A stretch of 64,000 nt of DNA from Macrostomum hystrix (taxonomy: Eukaryota; Animalia; Platyhelminthes), in contig CATNEN010000039.1 of assembly GCA_950097015.1 (NCBI GenBank), positions 15,810,001 to 15,874,000 on the forward strand. Direction: 5' to 3'. Numbering within the stretch: the stretch's first letter is position 1; each line of letters starts with the position of its first letter. Positions 1 to 10,746 of this stretch are shown here, in pieces. A program made the position numbers and the translations under genes. Under the pieces are notes generated by a model. That model did no database searches and was not told the DNA's origin. It was given only the letters and a program-made list of their open reading frames with translations.

Positions 1-69
1 ATTTTCAGACAGAACTTCAATACATCCAATACATCAAAACATGAAAAGAATATTCACAAGAAAAAAAAG

Positions 70-1061
70 TCAAAAACAAAAAGAACCGCGCCAAATAAAC
101 AGCGCAAGCAGAATCGCTAGCAGCATCGTGCAGCCCAGCAGTACGGAAACGAGCCGCAAACTCTGGTGCCAAGCACCCGCAGCAGTCGGGGCTGCACCCG
201 CAGCAGTCGGGGCTGCACCCGCGACAGTCCTGGCTGCACCCGCAGCAGTCATGGTTGCACCCGCAGCAGTCGTGGTTGCACCCGCAGCAGTCGTGGTTGC
301 ACCTGCGGCAGTCCTGGCTGCACCCTCAGCAGCCGTGTTTGCAGGCGGAGGGAACATTCTTAATTTGCTACAATTAGACTTCGCTGCGTTTGGTCTACAT
401 TCGTAGCGTTCAAACTCATGTTGGTTCTTGACCACTTGATAAAAACTGTTGATCGAGATTTCACAGCCGATAAAGGTATTAATTCGCCTAACGTTTCGCT
501 CTTTAGAAACCATTTTAAGGCACTTTTCTGATGGAGGACAAAAAATTTCAAATGGACCTAGCACGTCTTCGCGTTGAGACTCATTGTCATTCGTCAGCAA
601 TTTCGCGTAAAGAAGGCATGGTACCAGATCACGTTCTAGATCATTGATCAAGCTAAATACACTCGCTTTATTGCAGTTATCACCCGTACAGTCTTTGCAA
701 TATTTTGTAGCAGGACAGGCGCCGCAATCATATTTCAGTCGCTAAAAAAGTTTCCGCATAGGGCAAAATTTATAGGGAAAACTGTTGCTTTATGATTTTG
801 AATTGATATGCAAATTAAATTAGTTTAATTCATTTGGTCGCTCACCACTTCGTCAGTATTGGCAGTTGAACCTTCAGGTTGATAATCCACGTAACACTTG
901 GTGTCTTTGGCAGGAGTACAATCTGTAGCAGTATCGTCATTCTTATATTTATAAAATGATACTTTTTTATTTTTCGACCAGACACATTTTATACAATCAG
1001 CCAGCTGAATGTTTTCAAGTGCAAGAAACACGCAAACAATAACCAGCTTCATAGCCGTCAT
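70..1061 (-). CDS. Cys-rich Ly6/three-finger-like surface protein with Ala/Thr stalk and C-terminal hydrophobic anchor (2 exons, ~295 aa)
   Basis: Exon 1 1061-846 has a signal peptide MKLVIVCVFLAL...ADC and a GTGAG donor (phase 0). Exon 2 741-70 follows a TTTTTTAG acceptor and reads RLKYDCGACPATKYCKDCTGDNCNK in frame into ORF 70..651. The C-x-G-x-N-C-N ending is typical of LU/three-finger-like domains. TAAGA repeats and a hydrophobic C-terminal segment follow. Confidence 0.7.
173..330. repeat. 21-bp coding tandem repeat (GCACCCGCAGCAGTCGGGGCT), encodes the TAAGAAP/TAAGATT stalk on the - strand
   Basis: Directly visible tandem units. Confidence 0.9.
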
Positions 1062-1454
1062 GATTGCCAGCTTCGATTCCGAATAGCCCAGTTAGATTTG
1101 GTCGATTAGCTGGCAGGTGGCAGTTGAACTGCAGTCAACTCTTGATCCGATTTGCAACGGCTGAGTAGAATCGGTCAGAATGCTTAGTCGAGTGTTGTCA
1201 GTTGTTGGATTTGATTCTTCGTTTCGGGCCGCTGCCATGGATGAATGAATAGAATGAATAGAATATCATTCATTCATGGCCGCTGCCCCTTCAAGATGCT
1301 GCAGAAAATGCAGGTGCGAGCCGGCTCGGTCTATGGCAGCGCTGGCTGACACAGGGGTGCCCGCCTTTTGTCTATGGCAAATTTCAGCTCTACTTTGCTT
1401 TTTTCATGCATGACTTTTCTGAGATGAATTTTTGTGTTGTACTATTAGAAATCT

Positions 1455-1660
1455 TCTTGGGTGTCTAACAGTCTTGGGTGTCTAACAGTCTTGGGTGTCT
1501 AACAGTCTTGGGTGTCTAACAGTCTTGGGTGTCTAACAGTCTTGGGTGTCTAACAGTCTTGGGTGTCTAACAGTCTTGGGTGTCTAACAGTCTTGGGTGT
1601 CTAACAGTCTTGGGTGTCTAACAGTCTTGAGTGTCTAGCAGTTTTGTGTGTCTAACAGCC
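1455..1660. repeat. 17-bp minisatellite (TCTTGGGTGTCTAACAG)
   Basis: About 12 tandem units. Confidence 0.95.
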
Positions 1661-2059
1661 AATAATTTAGTCTAGACTTGTATTAAGTACACATGCATAG
1701 CACATAGCACCTACGCTGCTCTATAGCATCTGCTATGTGAATCATGCGTTTGGTAAATATTATTAAAAGCCCAAAGCAGGTCAGCATTTCGTTCGACACC
1801 TGTATAGTTTTTAGAATTGGATGGTTTGCATGACCAAGTGCTGCTCCAAGTGCTGTGAGTAGGGAAGATCCTTTTGTCAGAAAATGTTGTTTGACAAATG
1901 TATTTATCAATTGCTGGTTTATTAAGACGGAATAAAAAATACTACAATCTATCTCTCCCTTGATTAGGGCGTCAATGTCAGGCTTATAATCCGGATTGTT
2001 CGTTTCTACAGTTTCCAAATCAGGCTCACACACTCCATCTTCGAAGGCGAAACTATCGG

Positions 2060-3275
2060 AGGCGCAATCCCTTCCTTCCACGACTTTACCACGTGTTCTA
2101 GAAACGGCTATTAAATTCCGTCATTCCAACTTGTGAGGCCACTTAAGCGAAACTGGTGCACACGGACATAGCCTTGCGAAACTTCTGCATTTCTGATTAA
2201 ATAGGCCTCTGCTTACGGACCTCTGAACGAACTGCTCCACTACTTTCAGCAGATGATGCAGAGCCTGCTATGGTGAGCTAGTATTGTTTTAACCACCTTT
2301 GTGATATTAAAGTTTCGTGTAAAGTGAAAGCTGCGCTTGCTCCCTATTTCAAAGAATGTGCCTGCACGGTAACAAAGTAGTCCGGAAGTCGCTGCACTGA
2401 CAGGATTGAGCTGTAACGAATAGCTCTCCTTCGGGTGAATAGGCAACAGTGCCAATAACGACTGTAGATGTCCTGCTGCTTTCCTGCTTTTGAACAATCG
2501 AGAATGCGAATGGCATTTGATAGCGGTAGTTGCTTTGGTTTGCATGGGTGCTTGCGTCTGTGCAAACCGGCTTTAGTGATCAGCCCGCCCCCTTGCTGTC
2601 TCTGTGCATCTGTGTGGGGTGGGGCCGTCCCCCACCCCCGCCGCCTGCTAGCCTTTTTAGGTGAGCCTCTCACCACGTTTTCGGATTCAATTTGCGCGCA
2701 GCTCTCCGCTTGAGTTTTTTTCTCAATTCAATTTCTGCTTTTAACTCAAATACAAATATTACCTTTTTCAATTCTTTGTAACCCGTTAAAAATACAAAGC
2801 TTGGAGGTCGCTTTTTCGCTGTGCGCCTCCCGCGCGTTGCTCGCCTTGCTCGCCAATTGTCCCGTTGTGTCTCTTTGTGTCTGGCTGGTCACTAAACGAA
2901 TGCAGGTAGCTTGTCCGCTAATGTGGCGCAGTCATCTGCCTGTTCTGTGCGTCGTATGATCGATGGTCTAGCTCTTAGTCGGTAGCACGGAGCACGAGCA
3001 GCAAATCTGAGACAAAGGATGTTATCTCGGAATTTCTACCAGCAAAAGCTTTCACTCGCTTGTGAAAACTCTCTAGTCGGATCAGCTCCAACTTCTAGCA
3101 CCAGCAGCGCTTCTGCTCGAGCGTCCTGAGGCAGCTTCCTTTGTTTTCTCGTATGTCGAATCGCCTCTGGCACAATGATTATGCTCGTTTGACACCGAGA
3201 GGACGACGACCTTTTCACCTTCCTTGTCAGCAATTATTGACAATCTCAAAAGGACAGTTCTGCCGTTGAGATACG
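2060..3275 (-). mobile_element. Degenerate Mutator-like (MULE, ZSWIM1/3-type) transposase relic
   Basis: Broken - strand frames give CPFEI...KEGEKVVVLSVSNEHNH (WRKY/GCM-like zinc finger, ~3175-3265) and a SWIM finger SCQCSDFRTTLLPCRHIL (~2352-2405). These are followed by RWLKQY and QKFRKAMSVC...ASQVGMTEF...SWKEG. Multiple stops and frameshifts. Confidence 0.65.
2572..2896. mobile_element. Putative MITE (hAT-like TAGTG termini) nested in the MULE relic
   Basis: 14-bp inverted termini TTTAGTGATCAGCC (2572-2585) and GGCTGGTCACTAAA (2883-2896), one mismatch. Non-coding interior. No clear TSD. Confidence 0.35.
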
Positions 3276-3304
3276 CATGTAATGATGGTTAAAGATCGAT
3301 ATTG

Positions 3305-3998
3305 ACAGCATCAGACATCAAGAGACAGCACTGACAGACATCAAGAGACAGCACTGACAGACATCAAGAGACAGCACTGACAGACATCAAGAGACAGCAC
3401 TGACACACATCAAGAGACAGCACTGTCAGGCATCAAGAGACAGCACTGACACACATCAAGAGACAGCACTGACACACATCAAGAGACAGCACTGTCAGGC
3501 ATCAAGAGACAGCACTGACAGACATCAAGAGACAGCACTGACACACATTAAGAGACAGCACTGTCAGGCATCAAGAGACAGCACTGACAGACATCAAGAG
3601 ACAGCACTGACAGACATCAAGAGACAGCACTGACACACATCAAGAGACAGCACTGACACACATCAAGAGACAGCACTGACACACATCAAGAGACAGCACT
3701 GTCAGGCATCAAGAGACAGCACTGACAGACATCAAGCGACAGCACTGACAGACATCAAGAGACAGCACTGACAGACATCAAGAGACAGCACTGACAGACA
3801 TCAAGAGACAGCACTGACACACATCAAGAGACAGCACTGTCAGGCATCAAGAGACAGCACTGACAGACATCAAGCGACAGCACTGACACACATCAAGAGA
3901 CAGCACTGACACACATCAAGAGACAGCACTGACACACATCAAGAGACAGCACTGACACACATCAAGAGACAGCACTGACACACATCAAGAGACAGCAG
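3305..3998. repeat. 23-bp minisatellite (CATCAAGAGACAGCACTGACAGA)
   Basis: About 30 tandem units. Confidence 0.95.
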
Positions 3999-4269
3999 TA
4001 AAATATTTCATGGAATTAGCACTTGAGGTTTAGCTAAATTAAATTTTTGCTTTCTGATCGCAATCTAAGTTTACAAAGGGAATAACCTGGATAACCTATA
4101 ATATAAATAATGATCCTATTTTTCTACTAGTGCTCCCGGGAAGAAGGGCTGAACTTATAGTGCACATTCAAAACTCCATTCGCCAACTTTATAACAGCTT
4201 TGCAATTAATACCTTAGAGCTTTACAGAGAAATATCATTGTGATCATCTGATAGCAGAGACTTCGTAGG

Positions 4270-5110
4270 CACCGAGTCCTACCTGGACGATTTCGCCTTC
4301 GCGGGCTCGCTTGATGAATGTCTTCGGTTTTTCGACGAGCTGACGGACCTGCTGACGCGGCTGGGCTTCACTGTGAACTGGGCTAAGTGCCAGAAAGCAA
4401 CTCAGCGCATGACGTTCCTTGGTGTCGAGTTCGATACGGTGGCCGGTGTCAAGACGCTGCCCTAGGAGAAAGCGAAGGAGCTGGTTGAGCTGTTAGCATC
4501 CGAAAGGAGCAAAGCCAGGATTGGGAAGCCGGTTCTTCAGCGCGTGATTGGTAAGCTCGGCTGGGCAGCACAAGTGATTTTCAAGGGAAAAACTTTTCTG
4601 CGAGAACTCATCGATGCCTGCAACGCGATGCGACCTGGCGAGAGAATTAAAGTTAGCCTGCAGCTCCGTTGGTGGATTCAGTTGGTGGATGGTGGCACAG
4701 GAGTCGGCCTTGTGAGTGCGGCTGGAGTGTTTGCCGAGCTGCCGATAAACTAAAGAGGCGATTGTCCCTCTTTTGGCAATCTTGCGCTGGAAAGAAGAGC
4801 TTGAAGGCTGTAATGTCAGTATCTATTGCGACTTCTCAGCGTGAGCACTTCTGACCACACAGCCTTCGCCGAGGCGGTGCGACCCGGGACTCAGTGTTAG
4901 GCGTGCCCGTGCCCGACATCATGCGGATCGGAGACTGGAAGAGCGATGCAGTGCAGCGGTACCTCGCGCAGTTTCAGCAGGGCATGGCGACGTCCGTCGT
5001 GTTTGCGGATGGTGTAGGGACTCTAGTTGAAGTTCCTCATTCTGTCTCTTTGTGACTCTTTGTCGCTTACCTCCTTTTCTTTGTTGTCTTTGTCCCTTCC
5101 TCTTCGTTTC
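4270..5110 (+). mobile_element. Internally deleted DIRS/Ngaro-type tyrosine-recombinase retrotransposon fragment (RT plus YR C-terminus)
   Basis: RT: YLDDF at 4280, then LGFTVNWAK, FLGVEFDT, LP*EK (stop 4463) and GKLGWAAQV..G..FLREL. YR catalytic tail: HSLRRGGAT...IMRIGDWKSDAVQRY from 4858, preceded by an in-frame TGA. Confidence 0.85.
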
Positions 5111-5119
5111 GAATTAATT

Positions 5120-5309
5120 AATTCAGAGCTGAAGGCCATACCTGCTTCTGAGTACCGTGGCGCATTCGAAGCATGGATTCGGCGGCACCAAAAGTGCATT
5201 GAGAGAGGGGGAGACTACATTGAAGGATTGTAACATGGTCAGTTGTTTTTTTCAGTTACTGTTTTTGAATAGTAGACCAGTTGCCAAAAATTTTTGAATG
5301 CCCCTCGTA
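5120..5309 (+). mobile_element. Mariner transposon 3' end (transposase C-terminus plus right TIR)
   Basis: LKAIPASEYRGAFEAWIRRHQKCIERGGDYIEGL* is the standard mariner C-terminus. The TIR ends ...GAATGCCCCTCG-TA, reverse complement TACGAGGGG. Confidence 0.85.
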
Positions 5310-5399
5310 ACACGGTGAAATAGAAGGCCAAACAAGCTGACACTACACTTTGATTTAACAAGCGAACGGCAGCCGCAAACGATGAAATTAAACAGGCTA

Positions 5400-5750
5400 C
5401 TCAGAACTCACTTTGAATAAGTGTAGGAACCATTAATGGGAAAATGGCGTATAGTAGAACGTTTTTCGAATCGGAACCAGTCCAAAATTTTCGATCAGCA
5501 ATGGGACGCAACGAAGGAAATAGATAAGGAAGCTTTATTGATGCTAGCTTTGTATCGATTAAATCAAGCTGAGGTAAAATTCCTAAATAGTAACGCTTTC
5601 TCCAATGCTGCGTATCAAACAAGGCTGACAGCAAAACATGAAATTAATTTTCGTAAAGAAGATGCAAGGAATCCAGTAAAACAAGACTGGGGATTGAAAC
5701 ATAGCCCTGAAGAACTGAAATTCCTTTCACACCGAACATTGTTGTCTTCG
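5400..5750 (-). mobile_element. Degenerate EnSpm/CMC-superfamily transposase fragment
   Basis: MFGVKGISVL...P..V.LDSLHLLYEN* (D-x-M/L-H motif), then IDTKLASIKLP...RPIADRKFWTGSD..VLLYAIFPLM, matching the I-K-x-P...W-K-A-S-E...LLY pattern. May extend to ~6300. Confidence 0.6.
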
Positions 5751-6313
5751 CACTTCCAGCTATTATAGATAAGCATATAGTTTCAGTTGTTCAACAAGAG
5801 AAAATAAGTAGGCTTACATGGCTTGTCTTTCTACGGCAACACTTGGTCTTAAGAGAAGTGCAGATCGCGTTACAATCAGAATTCGTACAAAAGTAACGAA
5901 GCGAAAACATGGCTTTAAAGTTACCTATCGAGCGACGGATGATTGATTTCAGACGTTTGGGGGACAAAGCACTGTTCACCATGTTCAAAGCACAAAGAAC
6001 TTTGAGCACAGTAGATGTTGGAGACTCTTCAAACCAGAGGAAACGATAACTAGAACAACGGCGGCAGCATAGATAATATTTCTATCATAGTGAGATTCGA
6101 AACCACTAGAGATATGCAGCTCAAGCAGAGTTGGGTCCATGACTAGTTCAGGCAGATTCTGGAAGACATTGACTCACCATTGATGGGTGCACTGTTGTGT
6201 TGAAGCCTCAGAAATAGTTTCATCGTCAAACTATCGGTAACCAATTAGTGCTTCGCGCACTCGTGCCTTTGCCAATGACGCACTCGTTGGCGTTCAAGAA
6301 ACCTTGAATAAAA

Positions 6314-6626
6314 GAGGTTGTAGCCTAGTGGTTAGGGCGTCGAACTCACGACTTGAAGGTCAAAGTTCGATTCCCGACTCCACTGGAACAATTTGTGTCC
6401 TTTAGCAAGACACTTAACTCTGCATTGCTTCAGTTCACTCAGCTGTTAAATGGGTACCAGCATTAACTGGGATAATTAATTGAGGGTGGGTGTGGCGTCC
6501 CCCCAGTCCATGGACTGAACAGCTGTACGCAGCCTTCAGATGCGCCGCGCAATAGCTGCGGCTGTGCTGTCGGCTGCACATCTGACCCGATTGGGGCAGG
6601 TGTAATCAATTGTTATTATTATTATT
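6314..6626 (+). mobile_element. tRNA-derived SINE with CORE-like central domain and (TAT)n tail
   Basis: A box TAGCCTAGTGG and B box GTTCGATTCCC. Centre TGTGTCCTTTAGCAAGACACTTAACTCTG...CAGTTCACTCAGCTGTTAAATGGG resembles the CORE-SINE domain. Structured GC-rich 3' part and TTATTATTA tail. Related copies at 19752-19930. Confidence 0.8.
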
Positions 6627-7042
6627 AAGAATCCTTACAGTCAATGGTATTTTGATGAAATTAGCATTAATTGGCTTTAAATTAGATAACAATGCTATGA
6701 CACACTTGAAAGCTATTAGTATAGCTTCTGTTTACCACAGTATGACCTTAAGAATAGGAAATCGATAAGATAAAAGTTTTCGTACCAAACTTCCCATCGT
6801 ATTAATGACTTCCTTCAGTAGATAAAGACTGACTCGAAAGACCAATGCAATTGTCAATGCAATCGAACTGCTTCAACTGCTCTATACCCCCCGTATTTGT
6901 TTAGTTTGGTGGTTAAAATGCACACGTCAACGTTTTACTAGCTCCAGAGATAAGAAAGGCATTAATTGCTCTTACAACTTGTAAACTAGCGCAACATAAG
7001 GCCACTAGTTTGATCAGAACTCTGAACTTAATCAGAACAGGA

Positions 7043-9328
7043 ATGCTCAAACTGGCACTTGTTCTCCTATCTAGTTTCTCGTTGTCATGGCCCGGCTGTG
7101 CCTCGATGGACTCTCAGGAAGGTCGCTTCTGCACCAGCGACGCCTGCGCCTCGCTCAGCGCCATCCTCATACAAAGCGTGAATTCCAGCGCCGATCCGTG
7201 CGAAAATTTCTACGAATACGCCTGTGGCGGCTTTGGCAGCAGATTCCACTACGACATTGACGATCAAAGCGGGCCGTACATGGACTCGCCTCAACGCATG
7301 GGCGTCGAGATGGACAACCGGCTGCACGAGATTCTCATTGACGGCAGTCTGGACGTTGCAGTGCCAGAAAAAGGCAATTTGAAATCGGCGCTGATTCTCA
7401 CTAGCGAAGTTTACATAAGCTGCCTTCGCTGGGGTGATACGAGATTCGATCCGCTGGTTGATCGAGACCAACAGACAGAGGCTTCCATCAGCAACATCAA
7501 CGCCTTACTGGACCATCTATTAGGTGACAGTGCAGCAGTTCTGTCCATGCCTCTTGAACAGCTACTGGCCAGAATAGCTGCCATGGGACTGGGATCGGTG
7601 CTGGGCATCGGAGTGCCAGAAGAGCTCATCTATCTGATTGCTGCGAATGCTAGTTCGTCAGTGTTCAACAATGCAACAAAATTGACGCTCGCCACTGGCG
7701 GCTATAACTACACGTCCTGGTACCAGTCGTCATGGAGACAAATGCTGAAATTTCTGATGTCTAAGAATGTTAGCCTGGCTGGCACAATATTGGGCAGTCC
7801 CGTGCTTGGGCTTGACTCTGAAATAATTATGGCCAATGTTGCAAGCGACGTCAAGAAGATTATTGAATCGATGGAAAATGTTAGCCAGCCATTTCATGGA
7901 TCCCTGTCCGACTTGGAGCTAGAACTGACCATACTCACTAATGAGTTGCATGTACGATTCAACTTGAGCCTGTTTTTTCAGCATCTACGGCCTAAAGGTG
8001 TCAACAAGACCAGAACTATTGAGGTCGACAATATCTATCTGCTGAAGGCGCTGCTTCTGTTTTTCAACGGTGGGACAGTTGGCAAAAATTTCCCAGATTT
8101 CGAGAAGCGACGATCGCAGAGAAATGCCTTTCTCATACTTGACGCCATGCTCGACTTTGTCGACCTACTGCCAGCGGTTCACCTTCCCCAGAAGCCGCGG
8201 TCGGAGCATCTGTCCTGGAAGGGCCGCCACAGTTACCGTCAGTGCCTGGAGACCACCGGCAAACTCATGAAACCCGCGCTGGCCTGGCTCTATCGGAGGC
8301 GCTTTCATCCCGACAGTTTCGACCGGGTGAGGAAGGTGGTCGAAGCCACCAAGCAAGCTGCAATGCACCGAATTCTCGGTCAAGACTGGATCAACCAGTT
8401 GGACAAAGCCAAAATGCTGGAGAAAGTCAGCGAGATGCGCTACTATGTTGGATACCAGGAGTTCACTCGACAGCAACTGGACTTGTTCTACGCCGACGTT
8501 GTACTCGACGTCGACTGGTCCAAGACGACTAACTTTGGCTACATGCTCGGCTACGCATTGAAGTCATTCGGCAAATGGCATTCGGAAGTTCTGTCTAATA
8601 ATCCGCTGATGACGTTGACGACATTTGACTCAGTGCCTCTGTTTAGCGCGAATGCCTATTATTACATCGATAGCAACAGCCTGGTGTTTCCTCTGGGCAT
8701 CCTGCAGCCACCAATCTACAGTCCCGGCTATCCAGACTTTGCCATCTACGGCGGCTTTGCAACACTCGTTGGGCACGAAATAGGGCACGGCTTTGCTGAG
8801 CTCTGGAACAAAGCTTCAGCGGAGCCATCCGTCGGCGGAATCGCGGCCCTGCTACTAGAGCCAGAGACTGAGGCCGGCTATCTGCTGAGAGTGCAGTGCA
8901 TCCGGAATGAGTTCACCCAACTCAAGCGCGGCGTCTATGGTAACGAAACCCTGGCAGAAGACATCTCAGACATTGTTGGACTAAGCGCCGCTTACAGAGC
9001 GTACATTGCGGATAGATCCAGTCAGTTCGATCGCCTGCCTGGTGGCCTTTTTGATCCGATGGGCTCCGGATGCGGTCTGGATCGCAAAGGAGCAACTTGG
9101 CGACGAGAACAGGCCGAGCGGCTATTCTTCGTCATGGTGGCTCAGCCTTTCTGTACGAAGGCCACCCGGGCGGGCATGGAGGAGGCCTTCAGCAGCGGCA
9201 ACAGCAACCACTCGGCCGGTCCAGTGCGAGTCAATGGCATGATCCGCAGTTCAAAAGATTTTGCCCGCGTCTTCCGGTGCCCCGCCGGTAGTCCGATGAA
9301 TCCGGCGGAAAAGTGCATCTTCTGGTGA
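7043..9328 (+). CDS. Peptidase M13 (neprilysin/ECE-like zinc metalloendopeptidase), single exon, ~761 aa
   Basis: N-terminal hydrophobic signal, CTSDAC...ADPCENFYEYACG, NAYY, FPLGILQPP, HEIGH (8774), ExxxD (EDISD), H..G.VRVNG, F.CP.GSPMNP.EKC..W. First ATG is at 7043; the ORF track starts at TTG 7010. Confidence 0.95.
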   Translation: MLKLALVLLSSFSLSWPGCASMDSQEGRFCTSDACASLSAILIQSVNSSADPCENFYEYACGGFGSRFHYDIDDQSGPYMDSPQRMGVEMDNRLHEILIDGSLDVAVPEKGNLKSALILTSEVYISCLRWGDTRFDPLVDRDQQTEASISNINALLDHLLGDSAAVLSMPLEQLLARIAAMGLGSVLGIGVPEELIYLIAANASSSVFNNATKLTLATGGYNYTSWYQSSWRQMLKFLMSKNVSLAGTILGSPVLGLDSEIIMANVASDVKKIIESMENVSQPFHGSLSDLELELTILTNELHVRFNLSLFFQHLRPKGVNKTRTIEVDNIYLLKALLLFFNGGTVGKNFPDFEKRRSQRNAFLILDAMLDFVDLLPAVHLPQKPRSEHLSWKGRHSYRQCLETTGKLMKPALAWLYRRRFHPDSFDRVRKVVEATKQAAMHRILGQDWINQLDKAKMLEKVSEMRYYVGYQEFTRQQLDLFYADVVLDVDWSKTTNFGYMLGYALKSFGKWHSEVLSNNPLMTLTTFDSVPLFSANAYYYIDSNSLVFPLGILQPPIYSPGYPDFAIYGGFATLVGHEIGHGFAELWNKASAEPSVGGIAALLLEPETEAGYLLRVQCIRNEFTQLKRGVYGNETLAEDISDIVGLSAAYRAYIADRSSQFDRLPGGLFDPMGSGCGLDRKGATWRREQAERLFFVMVAQPFCTKATRAGMEEAFSSGNSNHSAGPVRVNGMIRSSKDFARVFRCPAGSPMNPAEKCIFW

Positions 9329-9726
9329 CTGCCTGACTGACTCGGGCCGACTTTGACTTCGAGACATTGTTACTTAAACACATAACAGTAGAAACACCAT
9401 AGCCCCCAAACCGACTGATCGATTTTCGTGAAAGTCCACAATTTGGATCAAAATGTTCCACCCCATATGGTTAAATAATTTTCAAAGACGTCCGATGTCA
9501 TCATCGTTAAGATATTCAGCGGTTCTTGTCGAAGATCCTGATGATAAAGACGAGTAAAATTGCTCTATAAAAACTTCTATGGTGAATCCAAATTAGTTTT
9601 AAAAAATTAACCACAGAATTCACTGTGAAATTCTGTAAAATTAACATTTTAATCGGTCTGACATGAATGCTGGATGAAATTTTGTGAGCATAAAAATCTG
9701 CCTATATTTTTGTTTCTTGCCCCCAG

Positions 9727-10080
9727 CTCAAATAGCTGCAGACTGCGGAGTGAGGTGGTGGGCTGCCTCAAATAACTGCAGACTGCGGAGTGAGGTGGCG
9801 GGCTGCCTTAAATAACTGCAGACTGCGGAGTGGGGCGGTGGGCTGCCTCAAATAACTGCAGACTGTGGAGTGAGGTGGTGGGCTGCCTGATATAACTGCA
9901 GACTGCGGAGTGGGACGGTGGGCTGCCTCAAATAACTGCAGACTGCGGAGTGAGGTGGCGGGCTGCCTTAAATAACTGCAGACTGCGGAGTGGGGCGGTG
10001 GGCTGCCTCAAATAACTGCAGACTGTGGAGTGAGGTGGTGGGCTGCCTCAAATAACTGCAGACTGCGGAGTGAGGTCGCG
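9727..10080. repeat. 40-bp minisatellite (CTCAAATAACTGCAGACTGCGGAGTGAGGTGGTGGGCTGC)
   Basis: About 9 units. Confidence 0.95.
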
Positions 10081-10746
10081 CGCTACAGACAGTTTAGTTT
10101 GTAGTAGCATTTTGCTTTGTTTTCTTTATTTAGCCACTTTTAAAGTGTTCGTCACAAAAAGAGTAATATTATTTGCATGCCACTACTTAACGCGAGGCTA
10201 AAAAAGGTATTTTTCTAGAAAAAATAGAATATTTTGAACATGAATCGAGGGCAAAGAGATTTGGGGCCAAAGCGATTGGGACTCGACACGCTTTGAAAGA
10301 TAGGATTTTAGAACTGTACTTTTTATCTCGCTGAGACAACAGAGATTTTGTACTGGCTTAGATATATGATAGGCCTACGAAAGTCACTTGAATATTATTT
10401 CTATAGCGTAGTCTCTATATTTTCTTTCTCCCTGTATCTCTCTGTTTCGTTTTCCAATAGGTGTGCGTCGATGCGAGTCACGTACAAGACCTTGCAGACC
10501 CTGCTGTCGGCGCTACTGCCTCTCTCCTTCTCTTTCTCAACCGCCCTTTGAGTCTTCTTATCGGCAGCTTTATAAAAGAAGAGTTTTCTTGTTGTTATTC
10601 TTGTTGCTCAAAGCTGCAAAGGCGCTAGTTTCACTATTGACTGTGCTGCGCACTTTAAAAAAAGACAAGACCCCGTTGACTGGTGCTTGCATGCTCTATT
10701 AGAGCAGATTAGATTTAGTAAACTAATAAAAGCTATAATTTTTCAG

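Noticed and set aside
1683-2081. ORF 1683..2081 as a standalone gene
   Set aside because: GTG start, no recognisable domain, and it is contiguous with the decayed MULE tail.
6314-6385. tRNA gene (also 19752-19825)
   Set aside because: A and B boxes are present but the cloverleaf is degenerate and each continues into the same SINE body.
9485-9560. Hammerhead ribozyme or SECIS near CTGATGA downstream of the neprilysin
   Set aside because: No stem II/GAAA core follows, and the gene has no in-frame UGA needing recoding.
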